64,000 nt of DNA, taken from contig QPMI01000416.1 of NCBI GenBank assembly GCA_004431415.1, positions 806,001 to 870,000 of the forward strand. The letters run 5' to 3'. Below are positions 12,187 through 23,872 of this stretch, piece by piece. Position numbers and translations under genes: made by a program. The notes below the pieces were generated by a model. It made no database searches. It was not told the origin of the DNA and saw nothing but the letters and a program-made list of their open reading frames with translations. This DNA is from Cyanophora paradoxa CCMP329. Lineage: Eukaryota; Plantae; Glaucophyta. The stretch's first letter is position 1. The number at the start of each line of letters is the position of its first letter.

Positions 12187-15100
12187 ATGAGCGAATCCCA
12201 ACGTAGCTTCTCTCAGCGCGGACCGCGCACTGACGGGCAGTCGCCTCGGGAGGGGGGCCGCTCGAGTGGAGGTGGATACAACAGCCCGCGCTCCCACGGC
12301 GGCGAAGGAGGAGGAGGAGGCCGCTATAACAGCCCGCGCGGCGGGTACGATCGGCGCCCCGGCGGGGATTCGCGCGGAGGTGCGTACGCTGGCCGCGCGG
12401 CGCGGGTGGCGCGCTGCGTTCTTTCGTCGCTGAACCGCTCATTCCCTTGATTGCGTAGCGTCGCCCAGGCCGCCTCTCGACCCCTCGTATGCGTGCTCCG
12501 ATCTCCTATCCTGCGCGCGATCCCAACACCTGCTCGACAGGCGGGCCCCAGGCGGCTCCCGACATGGGCCCGAAGGCGGTGCGGAAGGGCCGACATCGGC
12601 TGATGATGGCGAGGGAGGCGGCGCCCCGGGTGCGCCACTCTGGTTCTGCGATCAGATCGGGCCGCCCTTGCTCACTGAGTGATCGGTCCGATCGGTGCAG
12701 TTCGGAAGGATCTTCGACGCGTAATGGGCGGCGACCCGAGCAGCATGCGCCGCGTCTCCTCAACCGCGCAGCTCGAGAAGGGTTCGCCGATGTCGAATCG
12801 CCGAAAACTGCCTCTGATCTCTCTGACTCATTCCGCAGCTGGAAGTATGCACCGCGTTGGATCATGGGATATGATGGCAGACGCGAGCCGCGGCGACAGT
12901 GCGAAAGACCGCCCCCGTGTTTCGAGCGAATGCGTGACGGGTCCGCGCACGGCAGGCATGCGGCGCGTGTCCTCTATGGAAGGAAACATGGACAAGCACG
13001 GGGGGGGTGGCGGGACCGGAGGTGGCGGAATGTCTCGCAGGCGAGCGCCCCGCGCTCTCTTCCTTCCTTTCCTTCCTTTTCTGACGGAAGGGGCAGCTCA
13101 AGCAGGAACCGCATCGCCCCGCCGGCGACCGTCTGGGCGAAATGGGCACCCGCGGAGAGCGTCATCAAGCTCACGCCCCAGGCGAGCCGGCAGCACACCC
13201 AGCCGGCGGCGACAGCCCGCCCCGCCCCCGAGACGCTGAAGCGGAGCCGTGGCGCAGGAGGTGGAGGAGATACGCAAGTCGCGCAACATAAGCGTCTCCG
13301 GTGCGGGGGGGGTGGGGGGCGGGGTGCGCCTCGCGGGGCTCACGGGTCCGCGGGGGCGGGGGCGCAGGAGAGGAGCCGGTGCCGAACCCCGTGCAGTACT
13401 TCGACGAGCTGAACGTGGACGACCGCATCCTCGCCGACATCGCCTCGCACAAGCGCGCCCCGCCCCGCCGCCCCCGCCGCCGCCCCTCTCCGAGCCCCTC
13501 GCCCCGCAGGTACATCAAGCCGACCCCAATCCAGTGCCAGGCCCTCCCGGCCGCCCTCTCCGGCCGCGACATCCTCGGCTTTGCAGAGACCGGCTCCGGT
13601 CCGCCCCGCCCCGCCCCGCCCCGCCCCGCCCCGCCCCGCCCCGCCCGGCTGGCGCCGAGGCGGCGGCGGCAGGCAAGACGGCGGCGTTCTGCATCCCCAT
13701 GATCGCCCACATCCTCCACCAGGTCGGCGCCGCCCCCGCCTCCGTAGCGCAGCGGCTGACGCCGGCGCAGTCGCCGATCCAGCGCGGGGACGGCCCGATC
13801 GCCCTCGTGCTGGCCCCGACCCGCGAGCTCGCCCAGCAGATCGACAAGGCGCGCAGCCCGCCGCGCCGCCGCCGCCGCGCCGCGCACGAGCCGGGGCGCA
13901 GGAGGCGAAGATGTTCTCCATCTCGTCCCGCATCAAGGGCACCATCGTGGTGGGCGGGGCGGAGAACATGGGCAGCAGGCGCGGCGGCCCCGCCCCCGGG
14001 GGCTGGGGCGCTGACGGCGGGGCAGCGGGGGGACCTGCGGGCGGGGTGGACTTCGTCGTGGCGACCCCGGGGCGCTTCATCCAGCACCTCCAGCAGGCGC
14101 GCCGCCCCCGCCGCCTCCCGGCACGGGGCGCGCGGGGGCCGAGGCGGGGCGTGGGGCGCGCGGGCGGGCAGGGGAACACGGCGCTCTCGCGGTGCTCGTT
14201 CCTGGTGCTGGACGAGGCCGACCGCATGCTCGACATGGGCTTCGAGGACCAGATCCACGACATCGTCGCCCGCATCGCCAAGGCCCGCCACGCCCCGCCC
14301 CGCCCCCGCCCCGCCCCGGGCCCCGCCCCAGGCCACGGGCCGCCGCGGCGGGGCCTCGTGACGCGGGGCGGGCAGGAGCGGCAGACGCTGCTCTTCTCGG
14401 CGACGATGCCCGAGGAGATCGAGGCCCTCGCAGAGGCGCGCCGCGCCGGCCCGTGCGCCGGCAAGCCGCCGCGCGGGGGCCGACGGGGCGGGCGGGGGGG
14501 CGCAGGCCTTCCTCAAGAACCCCATCCGCATCTCCATCGGGACGGTCAACAAGCCGACGAAGAACGTCACGCAGGCCCGCCCCGCCCGCCCCGCCCGCCC
14601 CGCGCCCCCGCGGGGGCGAGCGTGTGCGGGGCGCAGTTCCTGGAGTACACGCCGGAGGAGCGCAAGAAGCAGCGGCTCATCGAGATCATCCGCGTGGACG
14701 AAGAGGAGGCGATGGAGCGGGGCAAGGACCAGCCGCAGGCGCCCCCTTCCCCGCCCCCGCCGCGCGCGCCGGCGAGCCGGCGGCCGGGGCGCAGATCCTG
14801 GTCTTCGTGGAGACGAAGATCAAGTGCGAGGAGCTCTGCGTCGCCCTCCTCCAGGCCCGCCCCGCCGCCCCGCCGCCCCGCCCCCTCGGCGCCGCTGACG
14901 GGGCGGGGCGGGCGCAGGAGGGCCACCACGCCGACCGCCTGCACGCCGACCGCACGCAGCCGCAGCGCGAGGCCGCGCTCCAGGCGAGCCGCGCCCCCGC
15001 GCCCCGCGCCCGCCCCCGGGGCCCCGCCGGCCCGCCCTGAGGCCGCGGGGCAGTCGTACCGGGACGGGATGATCAACGTGCTGATCGCCACGGACCTCGC

Positions 15101-15771
15101 CTCCCGCGGCCTCGACGTCACGGCGCGCTGCCCCGCCCCGCCCCGCCCGCGCGGCCCGGCGCTGAGGGGCCGGCCGCAGGGCATCACCCACGTGATCAAC
15201 TACGACCTGCCGAAGAAGATGGAGGACTACGTGCACCGCATCGGGCGCACGGGGCGGGCCGGCACCTGGGGCAAGGCCACCTCCTTCTACGACGACCGCG
15301 ACGCCGACATCGCGCGCCCCCGCCGCCGTCCCCGCCCCCGCCCCTCGCTGACCCCCCGCCCCGCCCCCGCCCCGCAGGTGCTCTCGATCCGGCGGGCGAT
15401 CGCGGACGCGCACCGGCCGGAGTCGGGGGGCGGGGAGGCGGTGTTCGCGGCCGGCAAGGCGGCGCGGCGGCGGGAGAAGGCGGAGAAGGAGGAGCAGCGG
15501 CTGCGGCGCAAGGAGCTCGAGGAGCAGGTCGCCGCGATGAACGTCGACGACAAGTACAAGCACATGCTCCTCCAGGCCCGCCACCCACCCTGCCCCACGC
15601 CCCGCTCCGCTCCCGGCCCCCGGCCCCCCTCACGCGCCCCCGCCCCGCCTGCAGCCACTCTCGGACCGGACGGAGAGCCCGACGCCCCCGAGCGGGGCGG
15701 CGCCCTCGGCGGGGCCGGCGGGGAACGTGCTGCCCCCCCGCGAGAGCATCCCCGACGCGTGGGACGACTGA
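12187..15771 (+). CDS. DEAD-box RNA helicase, DBP2/DDX5-like, with Gly/Arg/Ser-rich N-terminus
   Basis: Q motif [63 protein letters not shown]; ~20 introns; ends PDAWDD* at 15771. Confidence 0.92.
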
Positions 15772-16414
15772 GCGCCGCCCCGCCCGCCCTTCCCGAGGGC
15801 GGCGCGCCCCGCCCGCCCTCGCCGAGGGCGGCGCGCCTGGCACGGCGTGGCTGCAGGCGGCCCTCGAGCACTCATTGGAGCCTAGCGAGTGCTTTCTTGC
15901 GAGCGTCGTAGACGCCTCTCTCGCGTTTCGGTGGCCCAATCCCGGGCCCTGGCTGACTTCTTTTTGAATCTGTTTCTCTTCTCTACGGTTAGCGCTTTCA
16001 TTTTATGCAATCGTCAGCTGCCAGCTGCACATGCATAACGGCCGTGTTGCGGGACCTCGAGCTCGCGTGTACATGCCGCGATCAGTGCCACAGTGTCCGC
16101 AATGCCCTCGCGAGCTCACGTGTGCACTCATGCCTATATATGCATATGCGGTAGCGCCGGAGATCTCGATCGATCGCGAGCGCTATAGCTAGCTCATTGC
16201 TGTTCGCCATGGCCATGGCCATGGGCATGCGTGCCACCTCAAGGCGGATCCGGACCCCAATCATTGAGTCTATATTAATTAATTCACTATAGCAATAGCA
16301 CTCGTGGGGCAATCGCTCGCAGCGCGAGGGGAGGGTCTGGCGCTGGCCATGCGATGTGGACGACGAGTCATCGGACGAGGGCGTCGGCACTCGAGGCGGG
16401 CAGCAGCGGAGGGC

Positions 16415-17313
16415 CTACACGCGGGACTTCACTCCAGTGGCGGCGGCCGAGACGGCGGCGTGGGCGGCGCCGGCGGCGGCCCCCGCGGCGCCCCGGGCGC
16501 CCGAGGAGAACTCACGCTTGAGGTCGGACCAGAGCTCGGCGTCCAGGCGCGCCTGACCCCTCTGCACCGCCGAGATCGCAAAGCCAAGGGCCTGCACGCA
16601 AGGCGCCCCCGCGTGGGCCGCGGCGCGGCGCGCTCCGGCGGCGCGGCGCGGAGGGGCGGGGCCGGGCGGCAGCGGGCGGACCACAAGGGAGGCTGCAGTG
16701 CGGACCGCGTGCTGATTGTTCCAGAGAGCCAGGAGGCGCCGCGCCTCGGCCTCGGAAAGCTCCTGCGCCGTGTCCAGCAGCGGCCTGTACATGTATGATT
16801 GCGACGAGCGGCTTATCTCCCGAAAGCGGGGCCAAGCGCCCCCCAGCGACGCACTTCAGGGTCGTTGGCCGCATTACACCCACGGTCCAAGGGACGACGG
16901 AACCGAGGCTTAGGCCGGCTACAAGCATTCGCTTGTTGCCTACGGCCGCGAGTTGGGTTCACGAGCGGTGAGAGGCAGGGCGCGTGGAGCCACATACGCA
17001 TATGCATACACGGACGTACCAGCAATGGCCCAAGCGGCGATGGCTGCCGCCGAACCGACGACGGCGAAGCCGAGCTGCATCTTCGCAACGCGCCAGAACT
17101 CGTCTCTCCATAGGCGCACGGCAGTCGCGGCGTCAAGACTCTGCGCAGGCGAACTCGTCACATCGATCAGAGACGCTGCGTCGACGACCCGAAGCGAACC
17201 TTCTTGGCCGGCTGCCCCACCACATTGATCGAAAGTGCTGTGCCGGCAAACAGCCCGGTCGTTGCAACAGCAACGCCCTCGCATACCAGGAGCTCGGCAA
17301 GGCCGACAGGCAT
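16415..17313 (-). CDS. DUF1772/anthrone-oxygenase-like membrane protein
   Basis: MPVGLAELLVCEGVAVATTGLFAGTALSINVVGQPA, AVRLWRDEF, VVPWTVGVMRPT, EARRLLALWNNQHAVRT. Confidence 0.75.
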
Positions 17314-17581
17314 CTCGTCACGCAGCGTGAGTGCGCCCTGACGTTTTGGAGGCTCAAACGTCAGCTCCTTGTACGGGTTCGTTCAACTTCGTTGTATGCC
17401 CCCCTCCGAAAAGGATTCGTTGTACCCCCTCGAGAAGGACCTATCGTTGCAATCTGGCCCAACGACAATTTTTCTGTAGCTAGATCTAGATCTAGATCTA
17501 GAGCTCGGCCGCGGAGCTCGATCGAGGCTCCCCCTCCCCCCCGACCCCCCCCTCCAGCAACTTTCTGAGGTTGGCGGCTCT

Positions 17582-17641
17582 AGGGCACGCTCCGGATCCC
17601 CCCTACTAGGCTAGGCACGCTCCGGATCCCCCCTAGGCACG
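17582..17641. repeat. Short tandem duplication (~30 bp unit)
   Basis: GGCACGCTCCGGATCCCCCCTA occurs twice, followed by a partial GGCACGC. Confidence 0.7.
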
Positions 17642-18104
17642 CATGCCCCTCCATCACACCTCTACATATATATAGCTAGGCACGTTCCTGACGAGCATGC
17701 GCAAACCTCCAACCCCGCGCCCGCCGTGTACGTGCAGGCGACACGACGGGCCGTTCCTCTCAGCTGCAGAGGCATATATAGCTACTGTAGTAGTACTGCT
17801 GCAGTTCGTTTAGCCGTTCTTTCTCTTCCCCACTTATAATTAGAGCCTTGGGAAGTCTTTCCCTTCCTCGAGTAGGATCATCTCCCTTATAATTATATTG
17901 CAGCTTATATTTTGTCCCTGGTCCGGGGTAGCCTTTCCAGCTAGTTACACATCAGAGCTCTCAAGTCCGGCTGTCAAGCGGACCGAAGAATTCACAAGTG
18001 AGAGCGGGGACACGCGTTCGAAATACAGCGAATGAGTTGGCGTGGGGGATAGTCGGGGCAGGGCGGGGCAGCAGTGGGGGACCAGAAGCTGGTGGAAGGT
18101 GGCC

Positions 18105-19461
18105 CTACAAGAAGTAGGAAACAGTGCTCCGGGTCGGGATCATCTCGTGCGCCTCGGACACTTCCCTGAAGATCTGCGCCGGACCACGTTAGCTGGCGAA
18201 ATTGGCTCGCAGGTTGACCCGCGGACCTTGAACTCGCGCTCAAGGTTGTCCTTGAAGGCCAGGATGGCGGCAACGTTGCCACAGCGGTAGCAGTAGTTGG
18301 GGGCCGACCAAACTGTCACAAGGCTCTTGTCTGGGAACATGTACTTGTACCCCTCTTGAACCAGCTGATGCGCCCGGCAGATCAGCTCCAGCTTGTTCAA
18401 ATGGTTGAACTGCGTAGCTCCATGACGTCAATCGCGGCCAAGGCAGCGCGGGGCCCAGAACGAGCCGCCCGCACCTCTGCCGTCACTTTGGCGCCGAAGA
18501 GCCATCCGGCACCTCGCGGGCTGACCGCCCACGTCTCGATCTCCTCCGGGTCGCTCCACATAAGGTCTTCGCGGGCGGAGCACTCAGGGGGGACATCACG
18601 GGCACAGGAAGGGGCAGGGCTAACCGCAGAAGGAGCCCTCGTGAGGGATCTCCTGTCTCCGGTTGATAGTGCGGATCTGGTCCAGCGTCCGGATGTCGGG
18701 GGACAAGCCGCCGTGCACGCAGAGGATACGGCCGTCGATGACCTACGACCGCGGCCGGTTCGCACCGATGTACGCAGCGGCGGGACGCAATGCGAACAGC
18801 GGCGCACGGCGGCGAGCGTCAGGTAATCGACGACATCTGTACAGTACTTCCACGCGTTCGCGTTGCCGTACTTGCGCTGGCACTCGTCGTAAAAACCGTA
18901 CACCTGCGTGATTTGCCGCGACTCGTGGTTCCCGCGGAGTAGTGTGATGTTCGCTGGATACCTGCGAGTAGACGGTGAGGATGCCAGACAGAAGGAAAGA
19001 AGAGAGAAGAAGTCGACGGGATCGGTCGGCTCACCTCGCCTTCAAGCAGAGCAGCAGCGTGAATGTTTCAAGGCTGTTGTATCCACGGTCGACGAAGTCA
19101 CCCTGTAAACACAAACGCACGCGGTGAGCTGCAAACGGACGCGCACGCGGGGAGCTAGCCCCGGCAGCGATTCACCATGAAGATGTAGTTCGTGTCGGGG
19201 ATCTCGCCTCCTGCGGAATAGCTCCAGCAGATCGTGGAACTGGCCGTGGATGTCTCCGCACACTGTGACGGGGCTGCTAACGGGCTGCACATTGCTCTCC
19301 TCGAGCAGCAGCTCCTTAACCTGCCATCGAACGCGTCGAAACCAGAGGGCCGCTCGACGAGGAGGGATGCGAACCCCCTCGCAGAGCTTCTTCAGATCGT
19401 TTTCTGAAAGATACTCGCACTTCCTGACCTGCTCAATCCTGTGACCCTGGGTGGTGAGCAC
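18105..19461 (-). pseudogene. 5'-truncated duplicate of the PP6 catalytic subunit gene
   Basis: Near-identical to 23873-25231 (offset ~5768). Lacks the ATG exon and the 8-nt micro-exon, has a 2-bp deletion near 19210 (frameshift in RTGGEIP) and DVFDY>DVVDY. Confidence 0.85.
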
Positions 19462-19915
19462 GCTCGCAGCGGGAGATATACACATCATTCGAACGTAGCA
19501 GCGCATCCAAATACGGCATCTCCGCGCGGCCCAATTCCAGCCGGGGGCGAAAGACGCCGAATATGTTGCGTGGAGGCAGGCAGGGGAACATGGCGCTCTC
19601 GCGTAGCTCGTTTTCGGTGCTGGACGAGGCTGACCGCATGCTCGCGAGACATGGGCTTCGCGGACCAGATCAACGACAACCCCGGGTGGTGAGCACGCTT
19701 GCAGCGGGAGATACACACAGCATTTGAACGTAGCAGCGCAACAAAAACGGCATCTCTGCGCGGCCGAATTCCAGCAGTGGGCGAGAGCCGCCGCATATGT
19801 TGCGCGGGGGCGGGCAGGGAAACACGGCGCTCTCGCGGTGCTCATTTTTGTTGCTGGACGAGGCTGACCGCATGCGAGCTCGACATGGGCTTCGAGGATC
19901 AGATCCACGACATCG
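19449..19915 (+). repeat. Diverged ~235-bp tandem duplication of a chimeric PP6-intron/helicase-exon junction
   Basis: GGTGGTGAGCACGCT..GCAGCGGGAGATA...CTGGACGAGGCTGACCGCATG...ATGGGCTTCG occurs twice, starting ~19449 and ~19684. Confidence 0.8.
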
Positions 19916-20408
19916 TCGCCCGCATCGCCAAGGCCCGCCACGCCCCGCCCCGCTCCCGCCCCAGGCCACGGGACGCCGCGGCGGGGCCTCGTGACGCGGG
20001 GGCGGGCAGGAGCGGCAGACGCTGCTCTTCTCGGCGACGATGCCCGAGGAGATCGAGGCCCTCGCAGAGGCGCGCCGCGCCGGCCCATGCGCCGGCAAGC
20101 CGCCGCGCGGGGGCCGACGGGGCGGGCGGGGGGGCGCAGGCCTTCCTCAAGAACCCCATCCGCATCTCCATCGGGACGGTCAACAAGCCGACGAAGAACG
20201 TCACGCAGGCGCGCCGCGGCCCGGGCGCAGATCCTGGTCTTCCTGGAGACGAATATCAAGTGCGAGGAGCTCTGCGTCGCCCTCCTCCAGGCCCGCCCCG
20301 CCGCCCCGCCGCCCCACGCCCCGCCCCCTCGGCGCCGCTGACGGGGCGGGGCGGGCGCAGGAGGGCCACCACGCCGACCGCCTGCACGCCGATCGCACGC
20401 AGCCGCAG
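19805..20408 (+). pseudogene. Internal fragment of the DEAD-box helicase (direct copy of ~14160-14965 with one exon deleted)
   Basis: LDEADRM...[12 protein letters not shown]...KNPIRISIG...ILVFLET. The [11 protein letters not shown] exon is missing and there is a small insertion after DRM. Confidence 0.85.
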
Positions 20409-20427
20409 CTCGAGAGACCCCGGCATC

Positions 20428-23033
20428 GTGCGCTTACGCCCTCGTCGTCCACATCGCATGGCCAGCGCCAGACCCTCCCCTCGCGCTGCGAGCGATTGAC
20501 CCACGAGTGCTATTGCTATAGTGAATTAATTTATATAGACTCAATGATTGGGGTCCGGATCCGCCTTGAGGTGGCACGCATGCCCATGGCCATGACCATG
20601 GCGAACAGCAATGAGCTAGCTATAGCGCTCGCGATCGATCGAGATCTCCGGCGCTACCGCATATGCATATATATGCATGAGTGCACACGTGAGCTCGCGA
20701 GGGCATTGCGGACACTGTGGCACTGATCGCGGCATGTACACGCGAGCTCGAGGTCCCGCAACACGGCCGTTATGCATGTGCAGCTGGCAGCTGACGATTG
20801 CATAAAATGAAAGCGCTAACCGTAGAGAAGAGAAACAGATTCAAAAAGAAGTCAGCCAGGGCCCGGGATTGGGCCACCGAAACGCGAGAGAGGCGTCTAC
20901 GACGCTCGCAAGAAAGCACTCGCTAGGCTCCAATGAGTGCTCGAGGGCCGCCTGCAGCCACGCCGTGCCAGGCGCGCCGCCCTCGGCGAGGGCGGGCGGG
21001 GCGCGCCGCCCTCGGGAGGGCGGGCGGGCGGCGCTCAGTCGTCCCACGCGTCGGGGATGCTCTCGCGGGGGGGCAGCACGTTCCCCGCCGGCCCCGCCGA
21101 GGGCGCCGCCCCGCTCGGGGGCGTCGGGCTCTCCGTCCGGTCCGAGAGTGGCTGCAGGCGGGGCGGGGCGCGTGAGGGGGGCCGGGGGCCGGGAGCGGAG
21201 CGGGGCGTGGGCAGGGTGGGTGGCGGGCCTGGAGGAGCATGTGCTTGTACTTGTCGTCGACGTTCATCGCGGCGACCTGCTCCTCGAGCTCCTTGCGCCG
21301 CAGCCGCTGCTCCTCCTTCTCCGCCTTCTCCCGCCGCCGCGCCGCCTTGCCGGCCGCGAACACCGCCTCCCCGCCCCCGACTCCGGCCGGTGCGCGTCCG
21401 CGATCGCCCGCCGGATCGAGAGCACCTGCGGGGCGGGGGCGGGGCGGGGGGTCAGCGAGGGGCGGGGGCGGGGACGGCGGCGGGGGCGCGCGATGTCGGC
21501 GTCGCGGTCGTCGTAGAAGGAGGTGGCCTTGCCCCAGGTGCCGGCCCGCCCCGTGCGCCCGATGCGGTGCACGTAGTCCTCCATCTTCTTCGGCAGGTCG
21601 TAGTTGATCACGTGGGTGATGCCCTGCGGCCGGCCCCTCAGCGCCGGGCCGCGCGGGGCGGGGCGGGGCGGGGCAGCGCGCCGTGACGTCGAGGCCGCGG
21701 GAGGCGAGGTCCGTGGCGATCAGCACGTTGATCATCCCGTCCCGGTACGACTGCCCCGCGGCCTCAGGGCGGGCCGGCGGGGCCCGGGGGCGGGCGCGGG
21801 GGCGCGGGGCGCGGCTCGCCTGGAGCGCGGCCTCGCGCTGCGGCTGCGTGCGGTCGGCGTGCAGGCGGTCGGCGTGGTGGCCCTCCTGCGCCCGCCCCGC
21901 CCCGTCAGCGGCGCCGAGGGGGCGGGGCGGCGGGGCGGCGGGGCGGGCCTGGAGGAGGGCGACGCAGAGCTCCTCGCACTTGATCTTCGTCTCCACGAAG
22001 ACCAGGATCTGCGCCCCGGCCGCCGGCTCGCCGGCGCGCGCGGCGGGGCGGGAAGGGGGCGCCTGCGGCTGGTCCTTGCCCCGCTCCATCGCCTCCTCTT
22101 CGTCCACGCGGATGATCTCGATGAGCCGCTGCTTCTTGCGCTCCTCCGGCGTGTACTCCAGGAACTGCGCCCCGCACACGCTCGCCCCCGCGGGGGCGCG
22201 GGGCGGGCGGGGCGGGCGGGGCGGGCCTGCGTGACGTTCTTCGTCGGCTTGTTGACCGTCCCGATGGAGATGCGGATGGGGTTCTTGAGGAAGGCCTGCG
22301 CCCCCCCGCCCGCCCCGTCGGCCCCCGCGCGGCGGCTTGCCGGCGCATGGGCCGGCGCGGCGCGCCTCTGCGAGGGCCTCGATCTCCTCGGGCATCGTCG
22401 CCGAGAAGAGCAGCGTCTGCCGCTCCTGCCCGCCCCCGCGTCACGAGGCCCCGCCGCGGCGGCCCGTGGCCTGGGGCGGGGCCCGGGCGGGGGCGGGGCG
22501 GGGCGGGGCGTGGCGGGCCTTGGCGATGCGGGCGACGATGTCGTGGATCTGGTCCTCGAAGCCCATGTCGAGCATGCGGTCGGCCTCGTCCAGCACCAGG
22601 AACGAGCACCGCGAGAGCGCCGTGTTCCCCTGCCCGCCCGCGCGCCCCACGCCCCGCCTCGGCCCCCGCGCGCCCCGTGCCGGGAGGCGGCGGGGGCGGC
22701 GCGCCTGCTGGAGGTGCTGGATGAAGCGCCCCGGGGTCGCCACGACGAAGTCCACCCCCGCCCGCAGGTCCCCCCGCTGCCCCGCCGTCAGCGCCCCAGC
22801 CCCCCGGGGGGCGGGGCCGCCGCGCCTGCTGCCCCATGTTCTCCGCCCCGCCCACCACGATGGTGCCCTTGATGCGGGACGAGATGGAGAACATCTTCGC
22901 CTCCTGCGCCCCGGCTCGTGCGCGGCGCGGCGGCGGCGGCGCGGCGGGCTGCGCGCCTTGTCGATCTGCTGGGCGAGCTCGCGGGTCGGGGCCAGCACGA
23001 GGGCGATCGGGCCGTCCCCACGCTGGATCGGCG
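20428..23033 (-). pseudogene. Inverted, 5'-truncated copy of the helicase 3' part plus downstream DNA (copy of ~13772-16390)
   Basis: Reverse complement of 13772-16390 with scattered SNPs and indels; lacks the N-terminus, Q motif and motif I. Confidence 0.9.
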
Positions 23034-23039
23034 GTCAGG

Positions 23040-23242
23040 GTCGGGGGTTGGGGGTGGGGGCGGGGCGGGCGGGGCGGGGTGGAGCGGGGCGGGGCGGGGC
23101 GGGGCGGGGCGAGGCGGGGCGGGCGGGGCGGGGCGGGGCGGGGCGGGGCGGGGCGGGGCGGCCGGGGGGGGGGGGGGGGGGGGGGGGGGGGCGGGGCGGG
23201 GCGGGCGGGGCGGGGCGGGGCGGCCGGGGGGGTGGGGGGGGC
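23040..23242 (+). repeat. (GGGGC)n / poly-G tract at the end of the inverted copy
   Basis: ~200 bp of GGGGC units with a long pure G run. Confidence 0.9.
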
Positions 23243-23872
23243 GTTGAGGTGGGGCGAGCTCGAGGCGGGTCTTGCAAATTGGCGATGCGCATGCATATGG
23301 AGGCGACGATCATCGGATATTGATGATATCGTGAATATCGATCTGGCCGGCACTGAGGCATGTGGGTGATGCATGCATGTGGGTGCACGTGATGCTGGAT
23401 GAATTTTCGAACAGACCGGATGTGGAGGATGTTGGTGTGTTTTCTGGGTGGGTTCCGAAACCTCAGGGGAGCCTCGGAGGGGCAGGTGTATTGTGAGGGG
23501 CAAGAGGGCCGGGGCGCCCGACAGCATCGCGTGCAGACCACAACATGTACAGGTCACCGGGTGCCGGAGGATCAAGCTTCGACGTCAGCTTTCCCCCACC
23601 CTCGAGCTCGCTCCGAGATCTTACAAGCTTCAGGTCCTGTTGTACCCCTGCTGCCTCGTTGCGATCTGGCCCAGCTTCCATTCTAGATTAAAATGAAGTG
23701 CTGATAGGGGTTGAGTGAGGCGAAGTCCGGCTTTCAAGCTGAATAAAAGAAGTCACTAGAGGGAACGGGGACCTAATGTACGCGTTCGAAATACAGCGAA
23801 TGAGTTGGCGTGGGGGATAGTCGGGGCAGGGCGGGGCAGCAGTGGGGGACCAGAAGCTGGTGGAAGGTGGCC

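Noticed and set aside
13960-14050. Two apparent 1-bp frameshifts in the full-length helicase
   Set aside because: Both are in G runs and the inverted copy has the in-frame version (MGQQ, RAGVDF). Probably homopolymer sequencing errors, so not called a pseudogene.
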